A DNA stretch of 64,000 nucleotides from Bacillota bacterium (GTDB lineage: Bacteria > Bacillota > UBA4882 > UBA10575): NCBI GenBank assembly GCA_036678685.1, contig JAZIHH010000001.1:81614-145613 (forward strand), written 5' to 3'. The notes under the pieces were generated by a model that worked only from the letters and a program-made list of their open reading frames with translations, did no database searches and was not told the DNA's origin. Of the stretch, positions 1 through 8,768 are shown one piece after another. Each line of letters starts with the position of its first letter. Within the stretch, counting starts at the first letter, position 1. Made by a program: the position numbers and the translations under genes.

Positions 1-147
1 GCTCCTACCAGACGGTTGCGGGGACGGCGGGCACCCCGGGCGACTGCTTCCATCTTCCCCTTGTCCCTGGTCAGCAGGGTGAGAACTTTATCCGCCTCGC
101 CCAGCGGACGGCTGCGAAGGACGATGCCTTCGCTCCGGTAAAGGTTC
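1..147 (-). CDS. recO: DNA repair protein RecO, N-terminal fragment (gene runs off the window start)
   Basis: Manual reverse-strand translation from ATG at 147 gives MNLYRSEGIVLRSRPLGEADKVLTLLTRDKGKMEAVARGARRPRNRLVG, a typical RecO OB-fold N-terminus. It is absent from the ORF track because the window edge truncates it. Confidence 0.75.
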
Positions 148-153
148 ATTGCT

Positions 154-381
154 TCACCTCCGGGAAAAAAGCGCCAGCAAGAGACTGAGCAGGATACTCA
201 AAAGCAAACAGGTGCCCAGAGGAAAATAAAAAGTGAATTTTTCCCTCCGGATCACAATATCCCCCGGAAGACGGCCGAGCCCCGGAATCTTCCCTCCCAA
301 AAAGAAGAGGACTCCGATGGCCAGTAACAAAAGTCCCGCGATAATCAATAACCGGCCTAAACTGGAAAAGTAGTTGTCCAT
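154..381 (-). CDS. DUF2905-family small membrane protein
   Basis: 75-aa ORF with two hydrophobic helices flanking GRLPGDIVIRREKFTFYFPLGT, the hallmark of DUF2905. Confidence 0.7.
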   Translation of the reverse strand: MDNYFSSLGRLLIIAGLLLLAIGVLFFLGGKIPGLGRLPGDIVIRREKFTFYFPLGTCLLLSILLSLLLALFSRR

Positions 382-433
382 TGGTCATACCTCCTTCACG
401 CCGGCTCCCCGCCGGGGTTAAAACCGGCCTCCA

Positions 434-976
434 TCAGCCTGGTTTATAATACCGTTCTTTTTCACTGTAAATGCACCCACAATAAGGCTGGCGATAAAGG
501 CCGAGTTCCCGGGAGAGTTCCCGGCTTTTTGGGTATCCCGGGCGCAAGTCTTCGCCGTAAAAGTTCAGACCGTGTTCACGGGCCAGTTCTTCTCCGGTGC
601 GGCGGATCGCCTCGATCTTTTGGTAGGGACTAATCAGCAGCGTGGTACCAAACCATTGGTACCCCAATTCCTTAGCTTTGACCGCCGTTTTCTCCAGGCG
701 CATGGCATAACAGAGGGCGCACCGTTCCTCTTCCCTGTATACCACCTGCCGGAGAAAACCGGTGAGGTCATAATCATCTTCAACGATAAGGGGAATCCCT
801 TTTTGCCCGGCAAAAAAGGCCAGGGTTTCTTCTCTTTTTTTCCATTCCCGGTAGGGATGGATGTTGGGGTTATAGAAATACATGACCGGGGCGAAACCTT
901 GTGTGGTCAAATGCTGGGTGGTATAGGTGGCGCAAGGTCCGCAACAGGTATGAAGTAAGATTTCCGTCTTTTCCAT
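434..976 (-). CDS. queH: epoxyqueuosine reductase QueH (DUF208)
   Basis: ORF 434..1057 trimmed to the ATG at 976 (MEKTEILLHTCCGPCATY...). It has the conserved CCGPC and C-terminal CGC cysteines of QueH. Confidence 0.8.
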   Translation of the reverse strand: MEKTEILLHTCCGPCATYTTQHLTTQGFAPVMYFYNPNIHPYREWKKREETLAFFAGQKGIPLIVEDDYDLTGFLRQVVYREEERCALCYAMRLEKTAVKAKELGYQWFGTTLLISPYQKIEAIRRTGEELAREHGLNFYGEDLRPGYPKSRELSRELGLYRQPYCGCIYSEKERYYKPG

Positions 977-1093
977 CCTTCTTTTTCCCGCCTCCTCTTC
1001 CCCCCGGCAACCCGGGGAACGGCGCGGCGCCTTAACAAGCTCAACATGGCTTAACATGTCTTAACATAATTAAACGGGGGTCCGGTTAAAAGG

Positions 1094-2134
1094 CTACAAA
1101 TTATCTTGCCATTTTAATTGTTCCTGGACTTTCCGGGATTTGGGAGTAATCCCCAGGTGTTCCATGCCCCGCCGGGTCACGACTCTTCCCCTGGGCGTCC
1201 GCTGTAAAAAACCGATTTGCAAAAGATAAGGTTCACATACGTCCTCAATGGTTTCCACCGCCTCTTGCGTGGCGGCGGCCAAGGTGTCGACGCCTACGGG
1301 ACCGCCGTCGAACTTATTGACAATGGTCTCCAGGAGCAAGCGGTCCACCCGGTCCAGGCCCATCCGGTCCACCTCCAGAAGATCCAGGGCCCAGCGGGCG
1401 ATGGCGGCGGTAATAACCCCTTCTCCTTTAACCTGGGCAAAATCCCGCACCCGTTTTAAAAGCCGGTTGGCGATCCGCGGCGTTCCCCGCGCCCTGGTCG
1501 CCAGTTCCCGGGCTCCCTCCCGTTCGATGGGAATCTCCAGAATGGAAGCGGCCCGGATGATGATCTCTTCCAACTCCTCCGAAGTATAGTATTCCAAACG
1601 GTCGATGATGCCAAACCGGTCGCGCAAAGGCGAGGAAAGGGCACCCGCCCGGGTAGTAGCTCCCACCAGGGTAAAACGGGGAAGGTCGATCCGCACTGAA
1701 CGGGCGCTCGGCCCCTTGCCAATAATGATATCGAGGGCGAATTCTTCCATGGCCGAGTATAAAATCTCCTCCACGGTTCTGTTCAACCGGTGAACTTCGT
1801 CGATAAACAGAACTTCATGGGATTCGAGGTTGGTGAGAATCGCCGCCAGGTCGCCGGCCCGCTCAATCACCGGTCCGGACGTCACCCGGATCGGTACTCC
1901 GAGCTCGGCGGCGATAATATGGGCCAGCGTAGTCTTGCCCAAACCCGGCGGGCCGTATAAAAGAACGTGATCCAGCGCTTCCCGCCGGTCGCGGGCGGCC
2001 TGGACAAAAATTTTCAGGTTCTCTTTCACCCGGCTCTGGCCGATGTATTCCGCCAAACTCCGCGGGCGAAGGGTAACGTCGAATTCCGCGTCCTCTTCAC
2101 GCCTTTCCGGGGCGACAACACGGAGCTCCTCCAT
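1094..2134 (-). CDS. ruvB: Holliday junction branch-migration ATPase RuvB
   Basis: 346 aa with Walker [10 protein letters not shown] and a full-length RuvB-like sequence. It sits in a ruvC-ruvA-ruvB arrangement. Confidence 0.97.
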   Translation of the reverse strand: MEELRVVAPERREEDAEFDVTLRPRSLAEYIGQSRVKENLKIFVQAARDRREALDHVLLYGPPGLGKTTLAHIIAAELGVPIRVTSGPVIERAGDLAAILTNLESHEVLFIDEVHRLNRTVEEILYSAMEEFALDIIIGKGPSARSVRIDLPRFTLVGATTRAGALSSPLRDRFGIIDRLEYYTSEELEEIIIRAASILEIPIEREGARELATRARGTPRIANRLLKRVRDFAQVKGEGVITAAIARWALDLLEVDRMGLDRVDRLLLETIVNKFDGGPVGVDTLAAATQEAVETIEDVCEPYLLQIGFLQRTPRGRVVTRRGMEHLGITPKSRKVQEQLKWQDNL

Positions 2135-2161
2135 TTAACATCACATCCTGTCCGGCCTTAT

Positions 2162-2761
2162 TTATAATTTAACATTCTTTGACAGTTTCTGTAAAGCACG
2201 GCGGATCAGATCCGGTACGCCCAGGTTGGGGTTGTCCTGCCATACTTCTTTCACCGCGCCGAACGCCGCCGAGGAAGTATAACCCAGGGCCACCAAGGCC
2301 GCGACGGCGTCATCAAACGGCAACCCGGGCAGGCCTGCCGTTTTCTCTCCCCCGTTTTCCTTAACGAAACGGGGCTTTAATTCCAGGATCAACCTTTGCG
2401 CCGTTTTCATTCCGATGCCCGGAACCGTGCGCAGGGTCTCGGTGTCCTCCGCCAGCACCGCCCGGCGGAAATCCTGGGACGAAAGGACGGCAAAAACCGC
2501 CAACGCCGTTTTGGGTCCGACCCCGGAGACGGTGATCATTTGGGTAAAAAGCTCCTTTTCCTCCGGATCAAGAAAACCGTAAAGCGTCATGCTGTCTTCT
2601 TTATGGTGCAAATAGGTGTAAAGTAAAACCTCGCCCTCCGCCTGGGAGAGTTTTTCCAGGGCGCGCAAAGGAACTAAAACTTGAAAACCCACGCCGTTGA
2701 CTTCCAAAATACAATGGTCTCCGGCCACCTGCCGGACGCGACCGCGTAAAGTCGCCAACAT
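2162..2761 (-). CDS. ruvA: Holliday junction DNA helicase subunit RuvA
   Basis: ORF 2162..2812 trimmed to the ATG at 2761 (MLATLRGRV...), which abuts the ruvC stop at 2764. HhH motifs GVGPKTA and GIGMKTAQR are present. Confidence 0.93.
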   Translation of the reverse strand: MLATLRGRVRQVAGDHCILEVNGVGFQVLVPLRALEKLSQAEGEVLLYTYLHHKEDSMTLYGFLDPEEKELFTQMITVSGVGPKTALAVFAVLSSQDFRRAVLAEDTETLRTVPGIGMKTAQRLILELKPRFVKENGGEKTAGLPGLPFDDAVAALVALGYTSSAAFGAVKEVWQDNPNLGVPDLIRRALQKLSKNVKL

Positions 2762-2763
2762 CG

Positions 2764-3258
2764 TCAATATCCCCCGCGTATGTTGATTTTTTGCCGGGAA
2801 TGGGCGTGACAAATTGCTACCGCCAGGGCATCGGCGGCATCATCCGGTTGGGGACGCCGGGTTAAGCCCAACAACACCCGGACCATCTCCTGGACCTGCC
2901 GCTTCTCGGCCCGCCCGTAACCAACCACCGCCATTTTCACCTGCAACGGGGTATATTCCTCGACCGGCAAGTTTTCCCGGGCGGCGGCCAGCATCACCAC
3001 CCCCCGCGCCTGACCGACCGCCAGCACCGTCCGGGAATTTTTGTTAAAAAACAACTCTTCCACCGCCATAACCTCCGGACGGTACCGGGCAATTAATTCG
3101 CTAACCTCCCGGTAGATCTGGAGCAAACGCTGGGAAGCCGGGATGTCCGGTGAGGTTCTAATCACACCGTATTGCAAAAGATGAAGACGGTTACCGGTCT
3201 GTTCCAAAAGGCCAAACCCGGTGCTCGCCGTTCCGGGGTCAATGCCTATAATCCTCAT
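2764..3258 (-). CDS. ruvC: crossover junction endodeoxyribonuclease RuvC
   Basis: 164 aa starting MRIIGIDPGTASTGFG, an RNase H-like RuvC fold signature. Confidence 0.93.
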   Translation of the reverse strand: MRIIGIDPGTASTGFGLLEQTGNRLHLLQYGVIRTSPDIPASQRLLQIYREVSELIARYRPEVMAVEELFFNKNSRTVLAVGQARGVVMLAAARENLPVEEYTPLQVKMAVVGYGRAEKRQVQEMVRVLLGLTRRPQPDDAADALAVAICHAHSRQKINIRGGY

Positions 3259-3451
3259 TATATCACCTGTTTCTCAATTCGTCACAAGAGCAAGTTAATC
3301 CTCCTCCCCGACGCCGGGGGAAACCGGGCACGGAAAGCGAAGAAAACCCGGCGAAACAGTGCTTTTGTTAAAAAGAGGGGTAAACAATTTTTTGTCGTAT
3401 TATTAAAATAGTTTTTACGTATCCCCATATTGTAAGAGGGAGGTTTTTTTC

Positions 3452-4585
3452 TTGCTTAACCATGTTAAAGTATTGGCCGAAGAGATTGGTCCCCGCGGTT
3501 CCTGTACCGCCGAAGAGAAAAAGGCCGCCGACTACATCAAGAACGAGTTATCGGCCATGGGCCTTCTTCCCCAACTGGAAAGCTTTAAAGCCGTCACTTC
3601 CTTTTCCTGGGCTTTTATCGGAATCTACCTGCTGTTTGTGGTGGCGGCGGTGGCCTTTCCCTTCCGGCCGGCCCTCGGGTTTGCCTTTGCCTTATTGGGA
3701 CTGGTCGCCTTTTATTTCGAATCCAACACCTTCCCCTTTTTTTCCCGGTTCATTCCGAAAAAACCCAGTCAAAACGTAGTGGCAACTATCCCCGCCCGGA
3801 GCAAGACCCTGCGCAAGGTGGTAGTGATGGCCCATTATGACTCTTCCCGGTCCGCTTGGAATTTCTCTCCCCAAATGGTGAAAAATTTCCGCCTCAGTTA
3901 TCTGTTGATGACCGGAGCCATGGTGTTGATGACTGTACTCTATGCCCTGGGAACCTGGAGTCCCATCTCCCCGTTCCTGCTGTGGCTTTTGTCCCTGCCC
4001 CCGGCCGTTTATCTTTTCATCACCCTGCTCTCCTTGGTCCACCGGGAGCTAAAAGGGGTCTATACCCCGGGAGCCAATGACAATGCTTCCGGCGTCGCCG
4101 TCCTCCTGGAAGTGGCGAAAATCCTCAAGAAGCATCCGCCCCTGACGACCCGGGTCACCCTGGTAGCTACCGGGGCGGAAGAATCCGGAACCAACGGGGT
4201 TTTGGCCTTTTTACGCCGGCACCGGCCGGCTAAAGACACCTTCTTTATTAACCTGGACAATCTCGGCATCGGCCGCACAGCCGTGATTACCCGCGAGGGA
4301 ATTTTAGGCGGTAAACCGGCTTCCCCGGAACTTCTTTTTCTGGCCCGCCAGGTTTGCCGGGAGAAAAAAATAGAGGCCTCCTTCCGCCCCTATTCCCTCT
4401 TGACCACCGACGGGACCGCCACTTTGTTCCGGGGGTACCGGACCGTAAGCATTATGGCTTTTGACGAAAAAGGACTACTCCCCCACTGGCACTGGCCGAC
4501 GGACCGGGCCGAACATGTCCGGGCCGAAAATCTCGAAACCGCCAAAGAACTGGTGATGGGCCTGATCAGGGGAATCGAATCTTAA
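3452..4585 (+). CDS. membrane-embedded M28-family metallopeptidase
   Basis: TTG start preceded by a GAGGGAGG RBS. Motifs MAHYDS, NDNASGVAVLLE, GAEESG and HWHWPTD are present, with several TM helices between the N-terminal and catalytic parts. Confidence 0.8.
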   Translation: MLNHVKVLAEEIGPRGSCTAEEKKAADYIKNELSAMGLLPQLESFKAVTSFSWAFIGIYLLFVVAAVAFPFRPALGFAFALLGLVAFYFESNTFPFFSRFIPKKPSQNVVATIPARSKTLRKVVVMAHYDSSRSAWNFSPQMVKNFRLSYLLMTGAMVLMTVLYALGTWSPISPFLLWLLSLPPAVYLFITLLSLVHRELKGVYTPGANDNASGVAVLLEVAKILKKHPPLTTRVTLVATGAEESGTNGVLAFLRRHRPAKDTFFINLDNLGIGRTAVITREGILGGKPASPELLFLARQVCREKKIEASFRPYSLLTTDGTATLFRGYRTVSIMAFDEKGLLPHWHWPTDRAEHVRAENLETAKELVMGLIRGIES

Positions 4586-5199
4586 TCCGGTTTTTCCACC
4601 TGTTCCTTTTCTACCTGAGAAACCGTTCCCCGCGGTTCGTCCGTATAGAGTTCTACGTAGGACTCCCCGCCTCCGAGATCCTGGGGGGATTCCGCCGTGC
4701 CGTATTTATAAACTTGCTGGAGGATATCCTCCCGGTCGATCCCCGGGTCGTCCCCGCCGCTCGCCGTAAGGTGCTTGACCAGAATGTCCTCCTCCACCGG
4801 ACGCCTGCCTTTTTCCGGGGAACGGGCCTTCTTTTCTTCCAGATTTTCCCTACAGGCGACACAACTTTCGGCATAAGGAAGGGCTTTCAACCTCGCCGGC
4901 GGGATTTCCTTTCCGCACATGACACAAAAGCCGTACCGGCCCCGGTCCATTTTCTCGAGGGCGTCCTTAATCTGTTGGTAGACCAGCCGTTTGGCATCGC
5001 GCAACCCTAGATCTTTCCCCCGCTCGTACGTTTCGGAGCCGAGATCCGCCGGATGGTTGTCGTAGGCAGAAAGCTCCTGGAGGGAGCCGGTCAGGCTCTC
5101 GCCGAATTCAAGGTATTTGTCGCCGAATTCTTTTTCCAGTCTCTTTTTTTCCGCCACCAATTCCCTTTGCAAAGCGCGCAACTCTTCCTTATCCAGCAT
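4582..5199 (-). CDS. TraR/DksA-type C4 zinc-finger protein (YteA-like)
   Basis: 205 aa with a coiled-coil N-terminus and CVMCGKEIPPARLKALPYAESCVAC. Confidence 0.75.
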   Translation of the reverse strand: MLDKEELRALQRELVAEKKRLEKEFGDKYLEFGESLTGSLQELSAYDNHPADLGSETYERGKDLGLRDAKRLVYQQIKDALEKMDRGRYGFCVMCGKEIPPARLKALPYAESCVACRENLEEKKARSPEKGRRPVEEDILVKHLTASGGDDPGIDREDILQQVYKYGTAESPQDLGGGESYVELYTDEPRGTVSQVEKEQVEKPD

Positions 5200-5232
5200 C
5201 GTCTTTCCCCCTTTTGAAAAATAAGTCCGGCT

Positions 5233-5550
5233 TTATCCGGGTAGCGTGGCCAGTTGTTCCTCCACCAGGCGGATGATTTCCGCTATGAACCTGCTGATCA
5301 GCGGCAGGTTCAAGCTGGCAATTCTGGTCATGACCGCCAGAAAAACAGCGGTTAACAGCGTTAAACCCAGGGCAATCCCGAATCCCCTGGCCAGGCCGGC
5401 CAGGAAATTCAGGTATAAAAGCCGGACAGGACTGTCCGGCAGCTTTCCCCAACGGTAGGGATGGGTTTGGAGCAACAGCCGGTTTACCATTGCCATCTGG
5501 TGGAGGAGGGCCCGCCTGTTGTTTATTTTCCGGCGGCGGTGAACCATCAT
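5233..5550 (-). CDS. DUF5665-like small membrane protein
   Basis: 105 aa containing LNFLAGLARGFGIALGLTLLTAV, a pattern typical of DUF5665. Confidence 0.55.
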   Translation of the reverse strand: MMVHRRRKINNRRALLHQMAMVNRLLLQTHPYRWGKLPDSPVRLLYLNFLAGLARGFGIALGLTLLTAVFLAVMTRIASLNLPLISRFIAEIIRLVEEQLATLPG

Positions 5551-5587
5551 CTCACCCCGGGATTTAATTTACTCCCTTTTCCCCGGT

Positions 5588-6589
5588 TCAACCCAAAACT
5601 TCCTGGTAAGCCTCATAGGTGAGCCGGGCGATTCGGTCCCAGGTGTAGTTGGCCAAAATATGCTCCCGCAGCCCGCTGGGGGCCGGACTATACAACGCCT
5701 GATGCAGTGCGTTCCGGATCGAGGCGGCGTCGGGCGAACAATACCAGGCCATATCGCCCAAATATTCACGGGCGGTGCCCCGGTCGGTGGTGACCACTTT
5801 ACACCCGGCCAGCGCCGCTTCAAGATTGACCAAACCCGGTGTATCGTACCAACTGACCAAAGCATGGAGGAGACAGGCGGCATAAGCCGAAGCCACCCAG
5901 GGGGGAGAGAGGGGGCCCAAATATTTGATTTTTCCCTGCCGCCGGCACTCCTGGTAATACTGGTAGTCATTGACCGGACCAATAAGCACCACGGTTTTTT
6001 CGAGTTCCGCCGCGGCTTTGATCAGTTCTTTCTGATTTTTCCGCCGGCAAATCCGGCCGACGGAAAGAATAAAGTCTTTGATCCCGAAACGGTTAAGAAA
6101 TTTATCCGGCTTGGCGTAATAAAAGAGGGGATCCGCGCCGTTGGGAATGATCCGGGCGGGAGTAATCAGGCTGTATTTCTCCACCAGCAGCCGGTATTCT
6201 TCTTCCCCGTTTGGCAATAATAATTCGACTCCGTCCAGAATCTCCTGACGCAGGTGATCGGTCTTCTCCAACCAGGTAAAAAAGGAATGTTGCTCTTTGT
6301 CTTCAACTTCAACGTGGCGGAGGAACTCGGAAGGATCCCAGTAAATAGGGGTTAAGACAATAGGTTTGTTCCACTTTTTGGCATGCCGGTAAAAGCGGTA
6401 AGTCTCTTCCACCGGGATGATGTTGAAAATGTGAACCAGGTCATATCGGGAAAGATCCGGCTCCGGCCGGGGATCAAAATCCACTTCCACCCCCAATTTT
6501 ACTAAAGCCTCACGCATCTTGGTCATTTGCACGGTATCCCCGGCCAGGACCCGCAGAGCCGTAGCCCGGTTTTGCATTAAAACCCTCAT
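5588..6589 (-). CDS. glycosyltransferase, GT4 (group 1) family
   Basis: ORF 5588..6886 trimmed to the ATG at 6589 (MRVLMQNRA...), because the upstream extension overlaps the neighbouring gene's 3' end. The C-terminal GT-B signature ...DTPGLVNLEAALAGCKVV... is present. Confidence 0.8.
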   Translation of the reverse strand: MRVLMQNRATALRVLAGDTVQMTKMREALVKLGVEVDFDPRPEPDLSRYDLVHIFNIIPVEETYRFYRHAKKWNKPIVLTPIYWDPSEFLRHVEVEDKEQHSFFTWLEKTDHLRQEILDGVELLLPNGEEEYRLLVEKYSLITPARIIPNGADPLFYYAKPDKFLNRFGIKDFILSVGRICRRKNQKELIKAAAELEKTVVLIGPVNDYQYYQECRRQGKIKYLGPLSPPWVASAYAACLLHALVSWYDTPGLVNLEAALAGCKVVTTDRGTAREYLGDMAWYCSPDAASIRNALHQALYSPAPSGLREHILANYTWDRIARLTYEAYQEVLG

Positions 6590-6764
6590 TATAAAACAGC
6601 CTCCTGTCCCGCAGCCCGCCGCGAAGGACCTTTTTGTTAAATATATATGGCTCCCGGGCGCGAAAATACCTGCGCCCAACGATGGGGTCCCTCGTATCCA
6701 CAAAAAAAACAGGCCTTGCCAAAGACCTGTTTTTTTTGCCAGGTGGGACATACGAGTAGACGTC

Positions 6765-8624
6765 CTAGAAGTAGTAAGGCGGGTAAGGAACAACCACCTG
6801 TACCTGGAGTTGCTGGGCTTCGGTGAGTTTGACGAATAACTCCAGCACCACCTTTTGCCGGAGCGTCGTGGAATCCAAGAGCTCAAAGAGGATAGTTTCT
6901 ATTTCCGGCTTGATCCGCACATCCATACCGGGGACGGCCCCGGGAATATCCACAAAGGTGCTGAACGGAACATCTTCACTTTGGTGAATTTCCAAATTGT
7001 TTTCATTGATGAAGAAGATCTGTTTGTGGACAATACCCTGAATAATGATCTTGTCTTCGATTACTTCCGCCATTAACCGTTCCACCCTGGCGACGATTTC
7101 TCTGATTTTAACCGCCGGCTGGGTAAGGGCAAGGGTGCTTTCAATCAGCAGTTGCGAGGTTTGTTCTCCGACCATGGTATCGAGTTTTAAAAGGGCTCCC
7201 GGTCCAAGGGCCACGTTAATCTGGACGCTCTCCGTAACTTTGACAAAAAATTCGACGACAATCTTTTGCAACACCGTCTTTTCATCCAAAAGTTCAAAAT
7301 GGATAAATTCAATGGTTGGTTCGGTTACAACGTCCATTCCCGGTTCCGCTCCGGGAATATCCACAAAGGTACTGAACTCCACCTCTTCTTCCTGGTGAAA
7401 CTCGACATTGTCATGGCCGATAAAGAAAATCTGCTTGTGTAAGACTCCCTGAAGGACAATTTTATCTTCCAGAACCTCTACGGTCAAATCAATGATCTCC
7501 GCGGTAATATCGTCGATTTTTACCGCAGGTACATGAAGTGTGACCATGTTTTCAATTAACTCCTGTTTGGTGGCTTCGCCAATCACCTGATCAACACGGA
7601 CCAGCGGACCGGTTCCTTCCAGAATATTGATTTGTGTGGGTTCCGTTACCTTAACAAAAAATTCGATAACTACTTTCTGATGAAGCAAGGTCGGGGTCAA
7701 CAGGGTAAACAGGATGGTCTCCACCGTGGGATGGATCTGAACATTCATACCGGGTTCGGCCCCAAAAACATCGGCAAAAGTGCTGAAAGGTACTTCCTCG
7801 GTTTGGTGATGAACAATATTGTCCTCGCCGACAAAAAACACCTGCTTATGCAGCAGACCCTGGATAATAACCTTATCCATAATTAACTCGCTGGTTAAGT
7901 CACGAATCTCCGCGGTAATATTCCTGATTTTAATCGCCGGTTTAGCCAGGGTGACATTGGTTTCAACCAGCAATTGTTTGGTTGCTTCGCCGATCACCAC
8001 CTCAGCCCGCACCAAAGGATCCATTAAGATCTCTCCTCCTTTCCTTGATTCTTCATTACCGGCCTTGCCGGATTCTCTCTTTTCTATGGCCGGTGCCACC
8101 GGGGTATCCAGCGGGCACAGACTTTCCGGAAAGCCGGTTTCCTGTTCTTCGCCGGGATCAACTCTCACCTCTTTTTCTTTCCTTTTTTTGGCCGGGGGTT
8201 CTTTTTCCGCCTTGTTCACCCCGGTTTTTTCCTCTCCCGCCGGCCGCTTTTCTTCTGCCGGTTCCCTTCGTTTTTCCACCAGCGGAGCAAGCCCGGGGCC
8301 GGGTAACGATCCGGTTGGAAGATGGTCTTCCCTCTCTTGCCTCCCCTCCCCTGTCCGTTTTGGAGGATCCCTACCGCCGGGTCCGGTGGTCGTCCGCTGA
8401 ATTAGCGCTTTTTTTTTAGTTTCGGCCGCGCTCTCCCGGATTTCTTCCGGCGGACCGGCCGTCTCTCCAGGCTCAACGTATGTCGGGGATATGATCTGTA
8501 CGGCTCTGGTTTTATGAAGGGAATACAACCAGAAGGTACTGAGCGCCAGCAGAGCAAGGAAGATTACTAACGCCAAAACCCCTGTATTTCCACAAAAATT
8601 CCCCCTTTGCCGCCGCCGGGTCAT
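6765..8624 (-). CDS. membrane-anchored protein with a P/E/K-rich linker and three DUF3794/SPOCS-like repeats
   Basis: 619 aa. It has an N-terminal TM helix (GVLALVIFLALLALSTFWLYSL), a low-complexity region at residues ~45-205, then three ~130-aa repeats of the type VIGEATKQ...DKVIIQG.LHKQ.FF...PFSTF.D.PGAEPGM. Confidence 0.75.
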   Translation of the reverse strand: MTRRRQRGNFCGNTGVLALVIFLALLALSTFWLYSLHKTRAVQIISPTYVEPGETAGPPEEIRESAAETKKKALIQRTTTGPGGRDPPKRTGEGRQEREDHLPTGSLPGPGLAPLVEKRREPAEEKRPAGEEKTGVNKAEKEPPAKKRKEKEVRVDPGEEQETGFPESLCPLDTPVAPAIEKRESGKAGNEESRKGGEILMDPLVRAEVVIGEATKQLLVETNVTLAKPAIKIRNITAEIRDLTSELIMDKVIIQGLLHKQVFFVGEDNIVHHQTEEVPFSTFADVFGAEPGMNVQIHPTVETILFTLLTPTLLHQKVVIEFFVKVTEPTQINILEGTGPLVRVDQVIGEATKQELIENMVTLHVPAVKIDDITAEIIDLTVEVLEDKIVLQGVLHKQIFFIGHDNVEFHQEEEVEFSTFVDIPGAEPGMDVVTEPTIEFIHFELLDEKTVLQKIVVEFFVKVTESVQINVALGPGALLKLDTMVGEQTSQLLIESTLALTQPAVKIREIVARVERLMAEVIEDKIIIQGIVHKQIFFINENNLEIHQSEDVPFSTFVDIPGAVPGMDVRIKPEIETILFELLDSTTLRQKVVLELFVKLTEAQQLQVQVVVPYPPYYF

Positions 8625-8740
8625 GAACCCGGGTCAACCGGTTTGGCAAGATGCCAAAAGAAAAATTTGGGACGGTCCTGGTTGCTAATATAATATATGA
8701 ATTGGTCCCCGCTTGTGCTCATGTGGACAGAGGTCATAAT

Positions 8741-8762
8741 AAAAAAAGGACCTTGCGGTCCT
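8741..8762 (-). terminator. intrinsic terminator after the upstream repeat-protein gene
   Basis: On the minus strand, AGGACC-GCAA-GGTCCT is followed by T7, 6 nt after the stop at 8769. Confidence 0.7.
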
Positions 8763-8768
8763 TGCAAC

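Noticed and set aside
5588-6886. N-terminal extensions of many track ORFs (GT4 to 6886, queH to 1057, ruvA to 2812, rsmH to 30059, OppF-like to 38684, spoIIAA to 63543, and others)
   Set aside because: The extensions overlap upstream genes or lack an RBS. Internal starts with good RBS, canonical family N-termini or stop-start overlaps were preferred.
8409-8417. A9 homopolymer (T9 on the plus strand) inside the repeat-protein gene as a possible phase-variation slippage tract
   Set aside because: Identical A9 runs encoding KKK occur in housekeeping genes in this window, for example rsmH at 29045..29053 and cvpA at 35521..35529. This therefore reflects AAA-lysine codon preference rather than a contingency locus.
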